A stretch of 64,000 nt of DNA. Origin: Prochlorococcus sp. AG-469-F22. Its GTDB lineage: Bacteria > Cyanobacteriota > Cyanobacteriia > PCC-6307 > Cyanobiaceae. Made by a program: the position numbers and the translations under genes. The notes beneath the pieces were generated by a model. That model searched no databases, had not been told where the DNA came from, and saw only the letters and a program-made list of their open reading frames with translations. This document shows positions 49,193-61,715 of the stretch, in pieces. Numbering within the stretch: position 1 is the stretch's first letter; every line of letters starts with the position of its first letter. The stretch lies in assembly GCA_003211655.1 (NCBI GenBank), contig QCSC01000001.1, forward strand, positions 3,967 through 67,966, written 5' to 3'.

Positions 49193-50665
49193 TTAAGAAA
49201 AAGTGTTATTTGTTGTTGTTGGATATTGAATTCGTCTATGTCTAATTCTTTTCCAAACATTTAAAAAAGATTTCTTTATTAGAAAAATTTCTCCCTTGGT
49301 AAGATTACTATCATTTAACTGGCCATCAACTTCTCTTGAATTAACTATTTTAGATATTGTTACTAGTGCTTCATAATCAGAAACATTAATATCCATCGCT
49401 CTTAATGCAGCCTCACATCCATCGGCAAGCATCAAGATAGCCGTTTCTTTAGATTGAGGGATAGGTCCTTTATATCTAAAATCGCTCTCATTAAAATCTA
49501 ATTTTTTCTCTTCAGCTTTATTAAGAAAATATCCCATTCTTAGAGTTCCTTGGTGTTCTGGTATGAAATTAGCTATTGGTTTTGGTAATCTATTTTTTCT
49601 TGCAAATTTCAGACCTTCGTCTACGTGGGCTTGTAAAACCTCTGCGCTTTTTAAAGGATCATCTATTTCATCATGTGGATTTTTCGCACCATCTTGATTC
49701 TCAATGAACCAATTTGGAGCATGTAATTTACCAACATCATGATACAGAGAACCTGTTTTAATAAGATCAATATCTCCTCCTATCATTCTTGTCGCCTCTT
49801 CAGCAAGACCACATATTAATAAAGTATGTTCGAAAGTCCCTGGAGCTTCAATAGAGAGTCTTCTAATAAGAGGTTTTTCTTTATCAGCCAATTCCAACAA
49901 CCTTGCCTTTGTTAATAATCCAAATATTGACTCAAAAATGGGAATAAATAATATTGTTATGAGCATTATTATTGCTAATAGAAGAGAATCAGAAAATATT
50001 TTTCCATTTGAATTGAAAAATACTTGGTTATCAAATAATGAATATTCCTCATTGCCAATTAGTAACCATTGAGAAAACATTGCCCCAATGGGAACAAATA
50101 TTGAAAGTTGAAGTAACTGAGCTCTACTTCTTATTCTTCCGCCAAGAACTGAAACGACACATGCGCAAATCAAGGTTATGGTTAGCAGATTACTATTAAT
50201 ATTTGTCAGAGAATCTGGCCAACTTAGACTTGCTATTGAGACCCAAGCTAAAGCAGTAATGGTTCCCATACCTTGAGAAATAATTAAAGCAGGAGGTATG
50301 ATGATTGATAAAGGACTAAATCCTGATCCAAATATATTTTTTATCATTTGAACAACTAATAGTAGCGAAATAATTAAGAGGATTTGTCTTGAATCAATAT
50401 TTGGATTTTCTTTTCTAGAAACTAGTATTAAAAATCCGCAAGTAAATAAGACTTCAGCAAAATTAATGCTCCAAGATAAAAAATCTGAACCCTCTAGAGT
50501 TTGAAGAAGAAGAATTTCATAGGTGGATACTATAGAGATAACAATACATATTAGGAAAATAATTAATTTATCTATTGTTGAAATTTCAATAGGGGTCTGT
50601 GAAGGGAATTGACTTCTTTTCCATAATTTATTTAATTTTTTTATAATTCTTGTTGTATTTTGCAC
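49193..50665 (-). CDS. 7TM-HD (HDIG) family phosphohydrolase
   Basis: TM region; EAPGTFEH, YHDVGK, EHQGT, LADGCEAA. Confidence 0.9.
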   Translation of the reverse strand: MQNTTRIIKKLNKLWKRSQFPSQTPIEISTIDKLIIFLICIVISIVSTYEILLLQTLEGSDFLSWSINFAEVLFTCGFLILVSRKENPNIDSRQILLIISLLLVVQMIKNIFGSGFSPLSIIIPPALIISQGMGTITALAWVSIASLSWPDSLTNINSNLLTITLICACVVSVLGGRIRSRAQLLQLSIFVPIGAMFSQWLLIGNEEYSLFDNQVFFNSNGKIFSDSLLLAIIMLITILFIPIFESIFGLLTKARLLELADKEKPLIRRLSIEAPGTFEHTLLICGLAEEATRMIGGDIDLIKTGSLYHDVGKLHAPNWFIENQDGAKNPHDEIDDPLKSAEVLQAHVDEGLKFARKNRLPKPIANFIPEHQGTLRMGYFLNKAEEKKLDFNESDFRYKGPIPQSKETAILMLADGCEAALRAMDINVSDYEALVTISKIVNSREVDGQLNDSNLTKGEIFLIKKSFLNVWKRIRHRRIQYPTTTNNTFS

Positions 50666-50739
50666 AGAATAGAACTAAATCTAATTGATTAATCTAAAAT
50701 TATAGGCATGTTAGGAGTAAAAAGGAGAAGTTTTTCTAA

Positions 50740-51636
50740 ATGTCATTAAAACTAGATGGTAAAAAATTATCCTTAGAAATAGAAGAAAGATTAAGAAATT
50801 ATATTCTTACTAATAAAACAATTGCAAAAAGAAATCCTGGTTTGGCTGTAATAAGAATTGGCGAAGATCCCGCAAGCGGAGTTTATGTAGGGAACAAAGA
50901 AAAAGCTTGTTCAAGAGTTGGAATAAAGAGTTATATTTTTCATCTAAAAGATACAGTAGAGCAAAAAGAAGTTGAACAATTATTAAATAAATTAAATCTT
51001 GATAATGATATTGATGGAATGTTATTACAACTACCCATATCAAAGAAATTTGACGAACAAAGATTGATAAGTTTTATTAATCCAGAAAAAGATGTAGATG
51101 GATTAAATGAGCAAAATATTGGGAAGTTAGTAAAAAATGAACAAGCAATGAGATCTTGCACACCAGCTGGGATCGTAAATTTACTAAAATCCCAAAATAT
51201 TAAATTTGAAGGAAAAAAAATTGTTGTTATTGGCAGAAGTTTGTTGGTTGGGAAACCCCTATCTCTTATGTTGTTGAATCTTAATGCGACGGTGACAATA
51301 ACTCATTCAAAAACTATAAATTTAAATAAAATATGCAAGGACGCAGATATATTAATCGCTGCTGCAGGAAAACCTAACCTCATAGACTCAAGTTTCGTTA
51401 AAGAGGGTGCTGTAATTATTGATGTTGGAATACATAGATTAACAAGTTCCGACAAAAGCAATACCAGATTATGTGGAGATGTATTATTAGAAGATGTCAT
51501 TCCTAAAGTATTTGCATACACCCCCGTCCCTGGGGGTGTTGGACCAATGACAGTAACAATGTTACTAGTAAATACTATTTTCAGCTGGCAAAAACAATTT
51601 GGTTTATCATCAACTCTTAATGACCTGCTGCCATAA
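50740..51636 (+). CDS. folD: Methylenetetrahydrofolate dehydrogenase/cyclohydrolase
   Basis: [31 protein letters not shown]. Confidence 0.96.
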   Translation: MSLKLDGKKLSLEIEERLRNYILTNKTIAKRNPGLAVIRIGEDPASGVYVGNKEKACSRVGIKSYIFHLKDTVEQKEVEQLLNKLNLDNDIDGMLLQLPISKKFDEQRLISFINPEKDVDGLNEQNIGKLVKNEQAMRSCTPAGIVNLLKSQNIKFEGKKIVVIGRSLLVGKPLSLMLLNLNATVTITHSKTINLNKICKDADILIAAAGKPNLIDSSFVKEGAVIIDVGIHRLTSSDKSNTRLCGDVLLEDVIPKVFAYTPVPGGVGPMTVTMLLVNTIFSWQKQFGLSSTLNDLLP

Positions 51637-51673
51637 AGCTAACGATGCAGAAAAACATTACTCAACGTAAAAA

Positions 51674-52576
51674 ATGACAGAAGTTATAGATAATATTCCA
51701 GATTTTGAAAAATATCTAACAGACACAAAAAAAGTCGTCGAAGAAGCTCTTGATTTCTCATTAGGCCCAGAGAATCCAGAAATCCTTAGGGAGTCAATGA
51801 GATACTCTCTCCTGGCTGGAGGGAAAAGGATACGTCCAATTTTATGTCTAGCTTCTTGTTCACTAGCAGGAGGCGAGCCCTCTCTAGCTGTTCCTACAGC
51901 AGTTGCCATAGAAATGATACACACCATGTCATTGATTCATGATGATTTACCTGCGATGGACAATGACGACTTAAGGAGAGGAAGGCCTACTAATCATAAA
52001 GTTTATGGCGATGCGATAGCTATTCTTGCTGGTGATGCACTACTAACGAGAGCCTTTGAAATGGTCTCACTAAGAAGCCCTGGCGTTGATCCCAATAGAT
52101 TATTAAATGTAGTTGGAGAACTTTCCCGTGTAGCAGGAGCACCAGGACTTGTTGGGGGGCAAGTTGTTGATTTGAAATGTGAAGGGAAAGAAGTTGACCT
52201 CGAAACCCTTGAGTATATTCATCTTCATAAGACCGGTGCATTATTAAAAGCTTGTGTAAGAACCGGGGCAATGATTGCCGGAGCAAATGAAGAATTATTA
52301 AAGGCCCTAACTACATATGCAGAGGGAATTGGTTTAGCATTTCAAATAATCGATGACATCCTTGATTTAACATCAAGCAGTGAGAAGCTTGGTAAAACAG
52401 CAGGTAAAGATCTTTTGGCAGATAAAACTACGTATCCAAAATTACTTGGAATGGAAGAATCAAAGAAAAGAGCTTTTAATTTAGTGGACCAAGCTAAAAA
52501 AGCAATTGAGCCTTGGGGTTTAAATGCAAAATATTTAAACTCCCTAGCTGATTTCATTACAAACAGAGATAGGTAA
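51674..52576 (+). CDS. crtE: Geranylgeranyl diphosphate synthase
   Basis: [26 protein letters not shown]. Confidence 0.95.
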   Translation: MTEVIDNIPDFEKYLTDTKKVVEEALDFSLGPENPEILRESMRYSLLAGGKRIRPILCLASCSLAGGEPSLAVPTAVAIEMIHTMSLIHDDLPAMDNDDLRRGRPTNHKVYGDAIAILAGDALLTRAFEMVSLRSPGVDPNRLLNVVGELSRVAGAPGLVGGQVVDLKCEGKEVDLETLEYIHLHKTGALLKACVRTGAMIAGANEELLKALTTYAEGIGLAFQIIDDILDLTSSSEKLGKTAGKDLLADKTTYPKLLGMEESKKRAFNLVDQAKKAIEPWGLNAKYLNSLADFITNRDR

Positions 52577-52590
52577 AGAGTATTTAACTT

Positions 52591-53070
52591 ATGTCAGAAT
52601 TTTCAGCTTTCTTCGATAATTCAGTTCTTTTCTGGAGTTTATTATCCTGTTTAATAGCTCAATTTTTAAAAATTTTATTTAATATCTTTTCAACAGGAAA
52701 GATCAGATTTGGAATTATGTTTGAAACAGGAGGCATGCCCTCAAGTCATTCTGCTTTAATAACTGGTACTACGTCAGGGATAGGTTTTCAATTAGGCTTT
52801 GATAACCCAATATTTGCATTAGCAGTTGCACTTTCACTAATTGTTATGTACGACGCCAGTGGGGTTAGAAAATCAGCCGGTATTCAGGCTGCAGAAATTA
52901 ACAAACTATCTAGAAAATTAGATCTCAAGTCCCAAGTAGTTTTAAAAGAGACTCTTGGACATACAAAATTTGAGGTTATTGTAGGAAGTCTTTTAGGCCC
53001 ATTAATTACATTGCCCGGCATTGTTTTTATAGGTTCTCCTCTAAACATCTTTGATTTGATAATAAATTAA
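52591..53070 (+). CDS. Divergent PAP2 family protein (DUF212)
   Basis: TGGMPSSHSA, VMYDASGVR, LGHT..EV. Confidence 0.9.
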   Translation: MSEFSAFFDNSVLFWSLLSCLIAQFLKILFNIFSTGKIRFGIMFETGGMPSSHSALITGTTSGIGFQLGFDNPIFALAVALSLIVMYDASGVRKSAGIQAAEINKLSRKLDLKSQVVLKETLGHTKFEVIVGSLLGPLITLPGIVFIGSPLNIFDLIIN

Positions 53071-54461
53071 CAATCTTGAGAATAATTAACTTGTGTAGCA
53101 TTTACAAAATTTTTTGCTGCTTCAGGGCTACTTGGCAAATGTAAATGAATCCAACTTGCATGTAATTTTTTATCTGACCAACCTTCATTTTTAAATTTAG
53201 TCTCCCACGATTTAATTTCCCATGGAGAAGATAATTCGCTCTGATACTCAATTTTTTTCCAATCAAATTCTGAGGAAGACCTTTCAACTTCCCAATAATG
53301 AAATTCATGTCCTCTCATTGATTGATTTTGTTTAATTATTGGACTATCTTTTAAACCTTTTATATATCTATAACCTACCGACAAATTACTTTTTTTTGAT
53401 TTAAAAGGTAAAATTCCACTCATTTTATGGTTTTTACCATTTTCATCTTTTATTAAGTCTCCTAAGATCATCATCCCACCACACTCTGCATAAATAAATC
53501 CTTTTTTACGGAATTCCCTTAATGACCTTAAACTTTTATCTGAATCACTTATATGATTAGCATATTTCTCAGGAAAACCTCCTGGAATAATTAAAGATGA
53601 AGCCTCATTTGGAATTTCTTCATTATTAAAAATGCTCCATGAAATTAGTGGAATCCCAATTTCATCAAGAAACTCCTTCGTATCAGGGTATTGAAAATGA
53701 AAGATTTTATCTTCTGCAATTGCTATAGGTTTCTTTTTATCTATTTTAAAATCTTCACCACTAGAGGTATTTAATATATTTTTTTTTGGAGGAGATTTCA
53801 AAAATTTACTTAGAGAGACAACATCAAGATTTTTTTCAGCAAAACTTGCAAAATAATCAACATCAATTTTTTTGTCACTATCAAAAGGAGAAATTAAACC
53901 TAAATTAGCCTTATTAACAGTTATTTTTGAATCAGAAGGTAAAAAACCAAGGATTTCAATATCTTCATTTTTAAAAACTTCTCTAATTAATCTTTTATGT
54001 CTATCTGCATTGACGTTATTAAATATAATCCCTTTTATCGATAATTTATTATCAAAATCTCTAAAACCTCTTACTGTTGGGAGAAGAGAGGCTACTTGCC
54101 CTTTAGCATTAACAATAAAAATTATTGGGATATCAAGAAGTTTGGCAACATTTGAAGTACTTGAATAAGCAGTTGCACCTAATCCATCAAAAAGACCCAT
54201 AGCTCCTTCAATCAATGAGAATTCATATTTCCAAGAATGTTTTAAAAAATTTTTTTGAACCCATTCTTCACCACTCAAAAAAATATCTAGATTCCGACAA
54301 ATAGGTTGGCCAATTGAACTAAGTTGTTGCTGATCAAGATAATCTGGTCCGACTTTAAAAGTTTGTATTTTTATCCCTTTTGAAAAAGCCCAACAAGCAA
54401 TCAAAAGAGCTAAAGTAGTTTTTCCACTATCAGTTGAAGGCGAAGATATAACACAAGGCAT
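53067..54461 (-). CDS. cobB: Cobyrinate a,c-diamide synthase
   Basis: SGKTT, KVGPDYLD, EGAMGLFDG, YAECGG, GHEFHY. Confidence 0.93.
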   Translation of the reverse strand: MPCVISSPSTDSGKTTLALLIACWAFSKGIKIQTFKVGPDYLDQQQLSSIGQPICRNLDIFLSGEEWVQKNFLKHSWKYEFSLIEGAMGLFDGLGATAYSSTSNVAKLLDIPIIFIVNAKGQVASLLPTVRGFRDFDNKLSIKGIIFNNVNADRHKRLIREVFKNEDIEILGFLPSDSKITVNKANLGLISPFDSDKKIDVDYFASFAEKNLDVVSLSKFLKSPPKKNILNTSSGEDFKIDKKKPIAIAEDKIFHFQYPDTKEFLDEIGIPLISWSIFNNEEIPNEASSLIIPGGFPEKYANHISDSDKSLRSLREFRKKGFIYAECGGMMILGDLIKDENGKNHKMSGILPFKSKKSNLSVGYRYIKGLKDSPIIKQNQSMRGHEFHYWEVERSSSEFDWKKIEYQSELSSPWEIKSWETKFKNEGWSDKKLHASWIHLHLPSSPEAAKNFVNATQVNYSQDC

Positions 54462-54465
54462 TTAA

Positions 54466-55773
54466 TTACATTGATTTATCAAAACCATTAAATATTTGAA
54501 CTGCGACCTTAATAGCACTTTCAAAAAGTGGGCTAGTATTTCCCCTACTACTTCCCAATAACTTACTTACATCAGATTCTGATGAAGCAAAAGTGTTTGG
54601 AACAACTTGCTCTATTAATTGCATATCAGCCATACCTCCAGCTTCAAGTCTCATACATTCAACAGATTCACAGCCAAGAATTACACAAGTATTGTTTTTT
54701 CGAACTTCACTAATTTTAGAAATCAACCTTAATCCTATAACTTGGCCTGAATGAATACTTGGATTTCCCAAAGGTATAGGGTTTATAAATGTCGAAATTT
54801 CTTCACCATTATTTCTTTTGAATTCTATTTTTATTAATTCTCCATGTTTATATATTTTTGAAAATGACCATTCTAGTTTGTCACTAATCCACGAAATTAA
54901 AAGTAACGCTTGAAGAAAATTACCTTCTGCTATATCTATATCAATATCAGAAATATGATCTAATATAGGTCTTCTGGATGGAGGATCAAAAATCATTGCT
55001 AATGATTCACGCCAACTTTTCAGTCTTACCCAATTTAAATCATTTATAGCCTTGTTTGAATTTATTGATTGATACAGGATTTTCAAGCATCTTTTGGGCG
55101 ACCCATTCGCAGTATCAATAATTAGCCTAATACCTTGATCAGTAAAAAAATTAAAAATTTCTTGTGATTCATCAAGGCTGCCATTCCACCATAACCATAT
55201 AGGTAAATCTTTTATAGATAGTTCATCAATAATTTTCAATCCTTTCTTGTTAATAGAATTAGAGTCACCCCTTATGACGACTAAATCGCCACAGATAGGT
55301 TGAGTTATATTGTTATCACTAAGTGGACAATAGGCAGATACAAAAGTTTTTATCTCTGATTTTTTATTTAAAGTTGGTGCTAAGGTAATTAATCTTCTAG
55401 GATTTAAAGTACTTATTGAAGATTCAAAGAATTGCCCTCTTAAGTCTTCATAATCTTTATTTGATAAATTTTCCTTCAATAAAGTCAACAACTTTTCACT
55501 ATATATGGAAGTAGTATGTGATAATCCTTTATCTATAATTAATTTTTTAGCAACTTTTATGATCTCTGGACTTAATGTTCCAGTAATTGGTCCACTTATT
55601 AAGCCTGATTTAACCAAACATTGTTCAAGCCATGCAGGCTGCCAGACCATCAAAGTAAAAGTATTTGCTCCAGCGCTTTCTTCATCTTCAGAAATCCATA
55701 ATTGATTTAAATAATTAGATATTTCTTGATGAGGTAGTTCTAATGGGGTTTGAAGTGTTAATTGAGGTTTCAT
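54466..55773 (-). CDS. opcA: Glucose-6-phosphate dehydrogenase assembly protein
   Basis: PQLTLQTP N-terminus, LWWNG, DLNW.RL..WRE; downstream of zwf. Confidence 0.93.
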   Translation of the reverse strand: MKPQLTLQTPLELPHQEISNYLNQLWISEDEESAGANTFTLMVWQPAWLEQCLVKSGLISGPITGTLSPEIIKVAKKLIIDKGLSHTTSIYSEKLLTLLKENLSNKDYEDLRGQFFESSISTLNPRRLITLAPTLNKKSEIKTFVSAYCPLSDNNITQPICGDLVVIRGDSNSINKKGLKIIDELSIKDLPIWLWWNGSLDESQEIFNFFTDQGIRLIIDTANGSPKRCLKILYQSINSNKAINDLNWVRLKSWRESLAMIFDPPSRRPILDHISDIDIDIAEGNFLQALLLISWISDKLEWSFSKIYKHGELIKIEFKRNNGEEISTFINPIPLGNPSIHSGQVIGLRLISKISEVRKNNTCVILGCESVECMRLEAGGMADMQLIEQVVPNTFASSESDVSKLLGSSRGNTSPLFESAIKVAVQIFNGFDKSM

Positions 55774-55780
55774 TATAAAA

Positions 55781-57304
55781 TTAGGGTCTGCGCCAGAAAA
55801 TGTTGTCTTTGGAAAGTAATTGATCTGATTCAGGAGGTCCCCAAGTCATTGATTCGTATTTGTGAATAGGTAACTTCCAAGGAGCGTCTTCCATTAATTC
55901 TATTAATGGTGTATAAAGTTTCCAAGCAGCTTCTACCTCATCACTCCTTGTAAACAAGGTAGGATCAGAGAGCATGGCATCAGCCAACAACCTTACATAA
56001 CCTTCGTCAGAAGGTTCTCCAAAAGATTCATCATAAGAAAATTCCATCTCAACTGGTCTTGATTTCATACCAGAACCAGGTGATTTGACTTCAAATTTAA
56101 AAGTAGCTCCTTCATTAGGCTGAATCCTAAGAATAAGCTGATTTGGCGCAGGATTAATTATTGTTGATTCAAATAAATGTACTGGGACATCTTTAAATGT
56201 TAATACAATTTCCCCAAGTCTTTTAGGTAGTCTTTTACCTGTTCTTAAGTAGAAAGGAACTCCTTGCCATCGCCAATTATCAATAAATACTTTTGTCGCA
56301 ATATAAGTCTCTGTTGTGCTGTTCAAATTTACTCCATCTTCATCTCTATAACCTTTAAGTCTTTTTAGACTATTTCCTCCTTGTGCATACTGACCTCTGA
56401 TACAGCAATTCCAGGGTTCATTCTCATCGGCAAGTTTGGAAGCTTGAAGAACTTTTGCTTTTTCATTTCTTATTGCCTCAGGTTCAAATTTACCAGGAGG
56501 CTCCATTGCAGTTACCGCAAGCATTTGAGTTAAATGATTTTGGAGCATATCTCTTAAAGCCCCAGAGCTTTCATAATAACCAGCTCTATCTTCAACTCCA
56601 ACAGTCTCCGATGATGTTATTTGAACACTTGAAATATAATTCCTATTCCATATAGGTTCAAAAATAGTATTAGCAAACCTCATAACGAGTATGTTTTGAA
56701 CAGTCTCTTTCCCCAAATAATGATCTATTCGAAATATCTGACTTTCATCTGCACAACTTTGAACGATCTTATTTAATTTCTTTGCACTTGAATAATCTCT
56801 TCCAAAGGGTTTTTCAATAACGATTCGACTTTTCTTAGGATCATCTAATAATCCAGCAGCCTTTAAAGCTTTACATCCACTTCCATAAAAGTTTGGAGAT
56901 ACTGATAAATAAAAGGTCTTATTTCCATGTGTAGCCTGTAATTTGTCAATTTCATTTAATCTTTTGGAAAGTCTTACAACATGATCACTTTGCTGCAAAT
57001 CAACTGGTTCATAGAATAGATAATTTGAAAAATGTTCCCATTCCTTTTCATTGTTAGATATTTGATCAGCTAACTTAACCTTCATTTTTTCCTTAAAATC
57101 TTGATCACTCCAAGGCCTTCTTGCACAACCAACTATGGCGAATTCACTTGGGATTCTTCTTTGCAAATAGAGTTCAAATAAGGCAGGTATAAGTTTCCTA
57201 TGAGTAAGATCTCCACTAGCTCCAAATATTATTAGGCATTGTGGAGATATTACTCTTTCTTGTCGCAAACCTAATCTAAGAGGATTACTTAAGGTTGAGG
57301 ACAT
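55781..57304 (-). CDS. zwf: Glucose-6-phosphate 1-dehydrogenase
   Basis: GASGDL, EKPFG, RIDHYLGKE. Confidence 0.97.
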   Translation of the reverse strand: MSSTLSNPLRLGLRQERVISPQCLIIFGASGDLTHRKLIPALFELYLQRRIPSEFAIVGCARRPWSDQDFKEKMKVKLADQISNNEKEWEHFSNYLFYEPVDLQQSDHVVRLSKRLNEIDKLQATHGNKTFYLSVSPNFYGSGCKALKAAGLLDDPKKSRIVIEKPFGRDYSSAKKLNKIVQSCADESQIFRIDHYLGKETVQNILVMRFANTIFEPIWNRNYISSVQITSSETVGVEDRAGYYESSGALRDMLQNHLTQMLAVTAMEPPGKFEPEAIRNEKAKVLQASKLADENEPWNCCIRGQYAQGGNSLKRLKGYRDEDGVNLNSTTETYIATKVFIDNWRWQGVPFYLRTGKRLPKRLGEIVLTFKDVPVHLFESTIINPAPNQLILRIQPNEGATFKFEVKSPGSGMKSRPVEMEFSYDESFGEPSDEGYVRLLADAMLSDPTLFTRSDEVEAAWKLYTPLIELMEDAPWKLPIHKYESMTWGPPESDQLLSKDNIFWRRP

Positions 57305-57417
57305 ATCTTTTTATAAGTCTTATATAGATAAAATCGTCTTTTTTGGACTAATTAGCTACATTTTGTGTCTAAACCAATAAAGTCTTCTAGTTATTAAAAA
57401 AATTTTTATAAAAAAAT

Positions 57418-58581
<1,164 letters not shown>

Positions 58582-58696
58582 TTATTTACTATAAAGATTA
58601 TCAATTTGTATCCTAAATTGTACTCGTTTTAAAAAAATGGTTACGTTTTGAGATCGGAATATATACATATAAATTTGTTTTTTTCTCTTTTTTTAT

Positions 58697-59290
58697 TTGT
58701 TTTATCGGTATAGTTACACAGAAATAATTTTTTATCTAATAAAAAATTCATCTATGAATAATTCTCAAGGATCAGTATCTCATTCTCAAAATAATGATTA
58801 CAGAACAATTGAGCAGACCATGGAAAAGCTTTCTGGAGGTACAAGAAGGCTTGCAGCTCAGTTAACAACTTCTACCTCCTTCGAATCTCTATGGAATGTT
58901 TTAACTGATTATGACCGCCTAAATCTTTATATACCAAATTTGTTATCTAGTAAAAAAATTTATAAAAATAATAATAATGTTCATCTAAAACAAGTTGGGG
59001 CTCAAGATTTCCTTGGAATGAAATTTTCAGCGGAAGTTACTATTGATTTATTCGAAGAGAAAGAACTTGGTTTATTAAAATTTAGTCTAATAAAAGGAGA
59101 TTTCAGAAGATTTGAAGGAAGCTGGAAAATTAAAAAAATAAAAGACACTTCAAAAAACTCATTAATTTATGATCTGACTGTTCAGGGTTGTCAATGGATG
59201 CCAATAGGAATGATAGAAAAAAGGTTAAAAAAAGACCTTTCTGAAAATTTGATTGCTGTAGATAAGCAAGCAAAAGTCTCAATAAAATAA
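58697..59290 (+). CDS. SRPBCC/polyketide cyclase family protein (start probably ATG ~58753)
   Basis: LWNVLTDYD.L...IP, GDFRRFEGSW. Confidence 0.85.
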   Translation: MFYRYSYTEIIFYLIKNSSMNNSQGSVSHSQNNDYRTIEQTMEKLSGGTRRLAAQLTTSTSFESLWNVLTDYDRLNLYIPNLLSSKKIYKNNNNVHLKQVGAQDFLGMKFSAEVTIDLFEEKELGLLKFSLIKGDFRRFEGSWKIKKIKDTSKNSLIYDLTVQGCQWMPIGMIEKRLKKDLSENLIAVDKQAKVSIK

Positions 59291-59317
59291 ATAATTAAAA
59301 TTTTGAAAATTAATTTA

Positions 59318-59390
59318 TAGCCCCAAGGGGATTCGAACCCCTGTCGCCTCCGTGAAAGGGAGGTGTCCTAGGCCTCTAGACGATGGGGCC
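59318..59390 (-). tRNA. tRNA-Glu(TTC)
   Basis: GGCCCCATCGTCTAGAGGCCTAGGACACCTCCCTTTCACGGAGGCGACAGGGGTTCGAATCCCCTTGGGGCTA. Confidence 0.97.
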
Positions 59391-59431
59391 AAGGAAATAG
59401 CTTAATAGCTAATAAAAAATTAGGAGTAAAG

Positions 59432-60550
59432 CTATCCTTTCGTCAAGTGTTGTTGATCTTTGTTTTGGCCTTGCCACACTGGAACAGTAAAATGAAAGCA
59501 TGAACCTTCACCAACTTCTGATACAACCCATATTCTCCCTCCATGAACTTCAACAATTCTTCTGCAAACAGATAGGCCAATACCAAAGCCTGATGTCCCC
59601 TCAGATGTCTGTGGTAGTCTAACTCTATCAAGAAATATTCTTTTTTGCTCACTTACTGGAATTCCAGCACCTTTGTCACAAATCGTTATTTCTACCCATT
59701 GATTTGTTTTATGAATCAACGTAATTTTAATTCTTCCAGAATCTTCTGAAAATTTAAGGGCATTTTCAATTAAGTTTAAAAATACCTGTCTCATTCTTCT
59801 TTGATCTGCAAATACGCTTGGGAGATCAGATGGTATGTCAGTATCAATTTCTATCTTCCTTAATCTCCAAAACTTTTCTAATTCAAGAATTGCCTCAGCA
59901 CTTATGTTTCCTAAATCAATTTTTTGAGGATTAAAAAGAGCTTCCCATTTAGTTGTTCCAACCTCAAGAAGATCTTGAGATAAAAGTTCAATTTCTTCTA
60001 AACGTCGTTTAATTACGTCTTGCAATTTATTTATATCAATTTGTCCTAGTTTTTGACTTTGAATAGCAAGAGTTGCTGCCGTCAGAGGCGTTCTCAATTC
60101 ATGTGCAACCATTCTTAACAGTCTTTCTTGTGATTCAATTCTCTTTGTAAGTGTCTCATTTTCTTGTCTAAGGACCAATAATTCTTCTTCAAGGAGAAAC
60201 TCTTTTTGGGTTCTAATTGAATCTATTTTAGAAGGTTGAAGATTAATACCTAAATTTTGTGTAACACCTTCTTGTTTCCATCTAGGCAACCAAGTCTGCA
60301 ACTGAACAAAAATATTACTTCCTGCAAATATTTGCTTTGGAGCTGGTGAAACTTTAATAAGAGCCGGAATAGCAACCAACCTATGCAATTCAAGTAGTTC
60401 AGGTTGTTCTGTTGGTTCAGAAATCTGAAGAGAAATATCAAACTCGCAGTTATCAGACTCTAAATAAGATAATAATGATTTAAGATCACCTCTAGAAAGA
60501 TGATTTCTAGCAGCTACTAATATTAATTTTAATTCTTTTTTTTCATTCAA
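59432..60550 (-). CDS. sasA: KaiB-like-domain sensor histidine kinase
   Basis: [19 protein letters not shown] KaiB-like domain; AHELRTPL; NLIENALKF; GFGIGL. Confidence 0.93.
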   Translation of the reverse strand: MNEKKELKLILVAARNHLSRGDLKSLLSYLESDNCEFDISLQISEPTEQPELLELHRLVAIPALIKVSPAPKQIFAGSNIFVQLQTWLPRWKQEGVTQNLGINLQPSKIDSIRTQKEFLLEEELLVLRQENETLTKRIESQERLLRMVAHELRTPLTAATLAIQSQKLGQIDINKLQDVIKRRLEEIELLSQDLLEVGTTKWEALFNPQKIDLGNISAEAILELEKFWRLRKIEIDTDIPSDLPSVFADQRRMRQVFLNLIENALKFSEDSGRIKITLIHKTNQWVEITICDKGAGIPVSEQKRIFLDRVRLPQTSEGTSGFGIGLSVCRRIVEVHGGRIWVVSEVGEGSCFHFTVPVWQGQNKDQQHLTKG

Positions 60551-60657
60551 ATCATTTGCCCAGAAGTTTTGATAAGCTGTTTTTGCTTATAAACACATTA
60601 AGATATTTATATATATTTTACAGTTAAGCTATACAAATAAATAGGCGATATTTAGAA

Positions 60658-61200
60658 ATGGTTGCTAATATTCAAAACAATAGTATTAATTACGGGGGAT
60701 ATAATTCTCCTGAAGTAAACATAGATAGTAATTTAAAAAGATGGTTTTCTCGTAATATTGGACTTTGGAAATCCAACAGGACATATTTTCTTGAAGAAGA
60801 AAGGAAAACTTACAACCTTTGCATGTACATAAATATTGAATCTCTTGAAAATAAAAAAGAATGGGAATCTCATTATAAATTTACTTGGTATCCAGAAAAG
60901 AAATATAGTTTTTTTGATGAACATCCCAAATATAGAGAAAGAGGAGAAATGCAAGCATATATAAAGGACCACCAATTAATAAGAGAAAAATTTTATTTAA
61001 GTGATATTGATGGAATATCCAATATTAAACAAGTTGATGAACATGAAATGATTTTCGAATCATCTTATGAAGATTGGTACATCCTTGAACACACAAGACT
61101 TATTGACGGAGATAATTATAGATATAGAGTTATATATTCATGGAACAAAGATAAACTTAAAATAGTAGAGAATCATCATGAAATAAAAATTATTACATAA
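60658..61200 (+). CDS. CpcS/CpeS-like (lipocalin-fold) hypothetical protein
   Basis: WFSRNIGLWKSNRTY resembles the N-terminal F..S.G.W.S.R motif of bilin lyases. Confidence 0.55.
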   Translation: MVANIQNNSINYGGYNSPEVNIDSNLKRWFSRNIGLWKSNRTYFLEEERKTYNLCMYINIESLENKKEWESHYKFTWYPEKKYSFFDEHPKYRERGEMQAYIKDHQLIREKFYLSDIDGISNIKQVDEHEMIFESSYEDWYILEHTRLIDGDNYRYRVIYSWNKDKLKIVENHHEIKIIT

Positions 61201-61269
61201 ATTCTATTAGCTAATTAAGTTTAAAAATAAAAAATGTTATCTTTAAAAAGTAAATTAAAAAAATAATTA

Positions 61270-61710
61270 ATGCTCATAAATTTGTATTCAAAAAAAATTT
61301 TTAAAATTTTAACTCTCCCTATACTTTTATACTTAACTTTTTTTGACATAACAGTATTTAATAAAGAACTAAAAGCCGACAAGAAATTACAAGCGGCTAC
61401 CGAGACAGATCTTTTCTTATATAGGCAAATGGGTGCCTCTTATCTTTGTATTGCTACAAATGCTGAAGTTGACTTTGAGAAAGGTCTTGGAATAGCTAGT
61501 GCTACTTTCGCAAATGTAATTTTAGGAAAGCATGAGGGCTTTATTAAAGAGTTTGGTACTGAGAAACTTGACCAAAAGAGATTATATAATGCTGGAACTT
61601 TTCAGATTGTGTCAAGTGCTCTAAATATTTGTCCTGAAAACATTCCTAAAGAAGTAAAAAATAGTTACGAGGAAAGACTAAAAGAGCTTATTAAACAAAA
61701 TAAAAAATAA
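61270..61710 (+). CDS. Conserved hypothetical secreted protein
   Basis: Signal-like N-terminus; YLC...ICP Cys pair. Confidence 0.7.
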   Translation: MLINLYSKKIFKILTLPILLYLTFFDITVFNKELKADKKLQAATETDLFLYRQMGASYLCIATNAEVDFEKGLGIASATFANVILGKHEGFIKEFGTEKLDQKRLYNAGTFQIVSSALNICPENIPKEVKNSYEERLKELIKQNKK

Positions 61711-61715
61711 ATTTA

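Noticed and set aside
59318-59390. tRNA-Glu as the integration site of the mobile element
   Set aside because: It lies 14 kb from the element among core genes, and I saw no duplicated tRNA fragment at either element end
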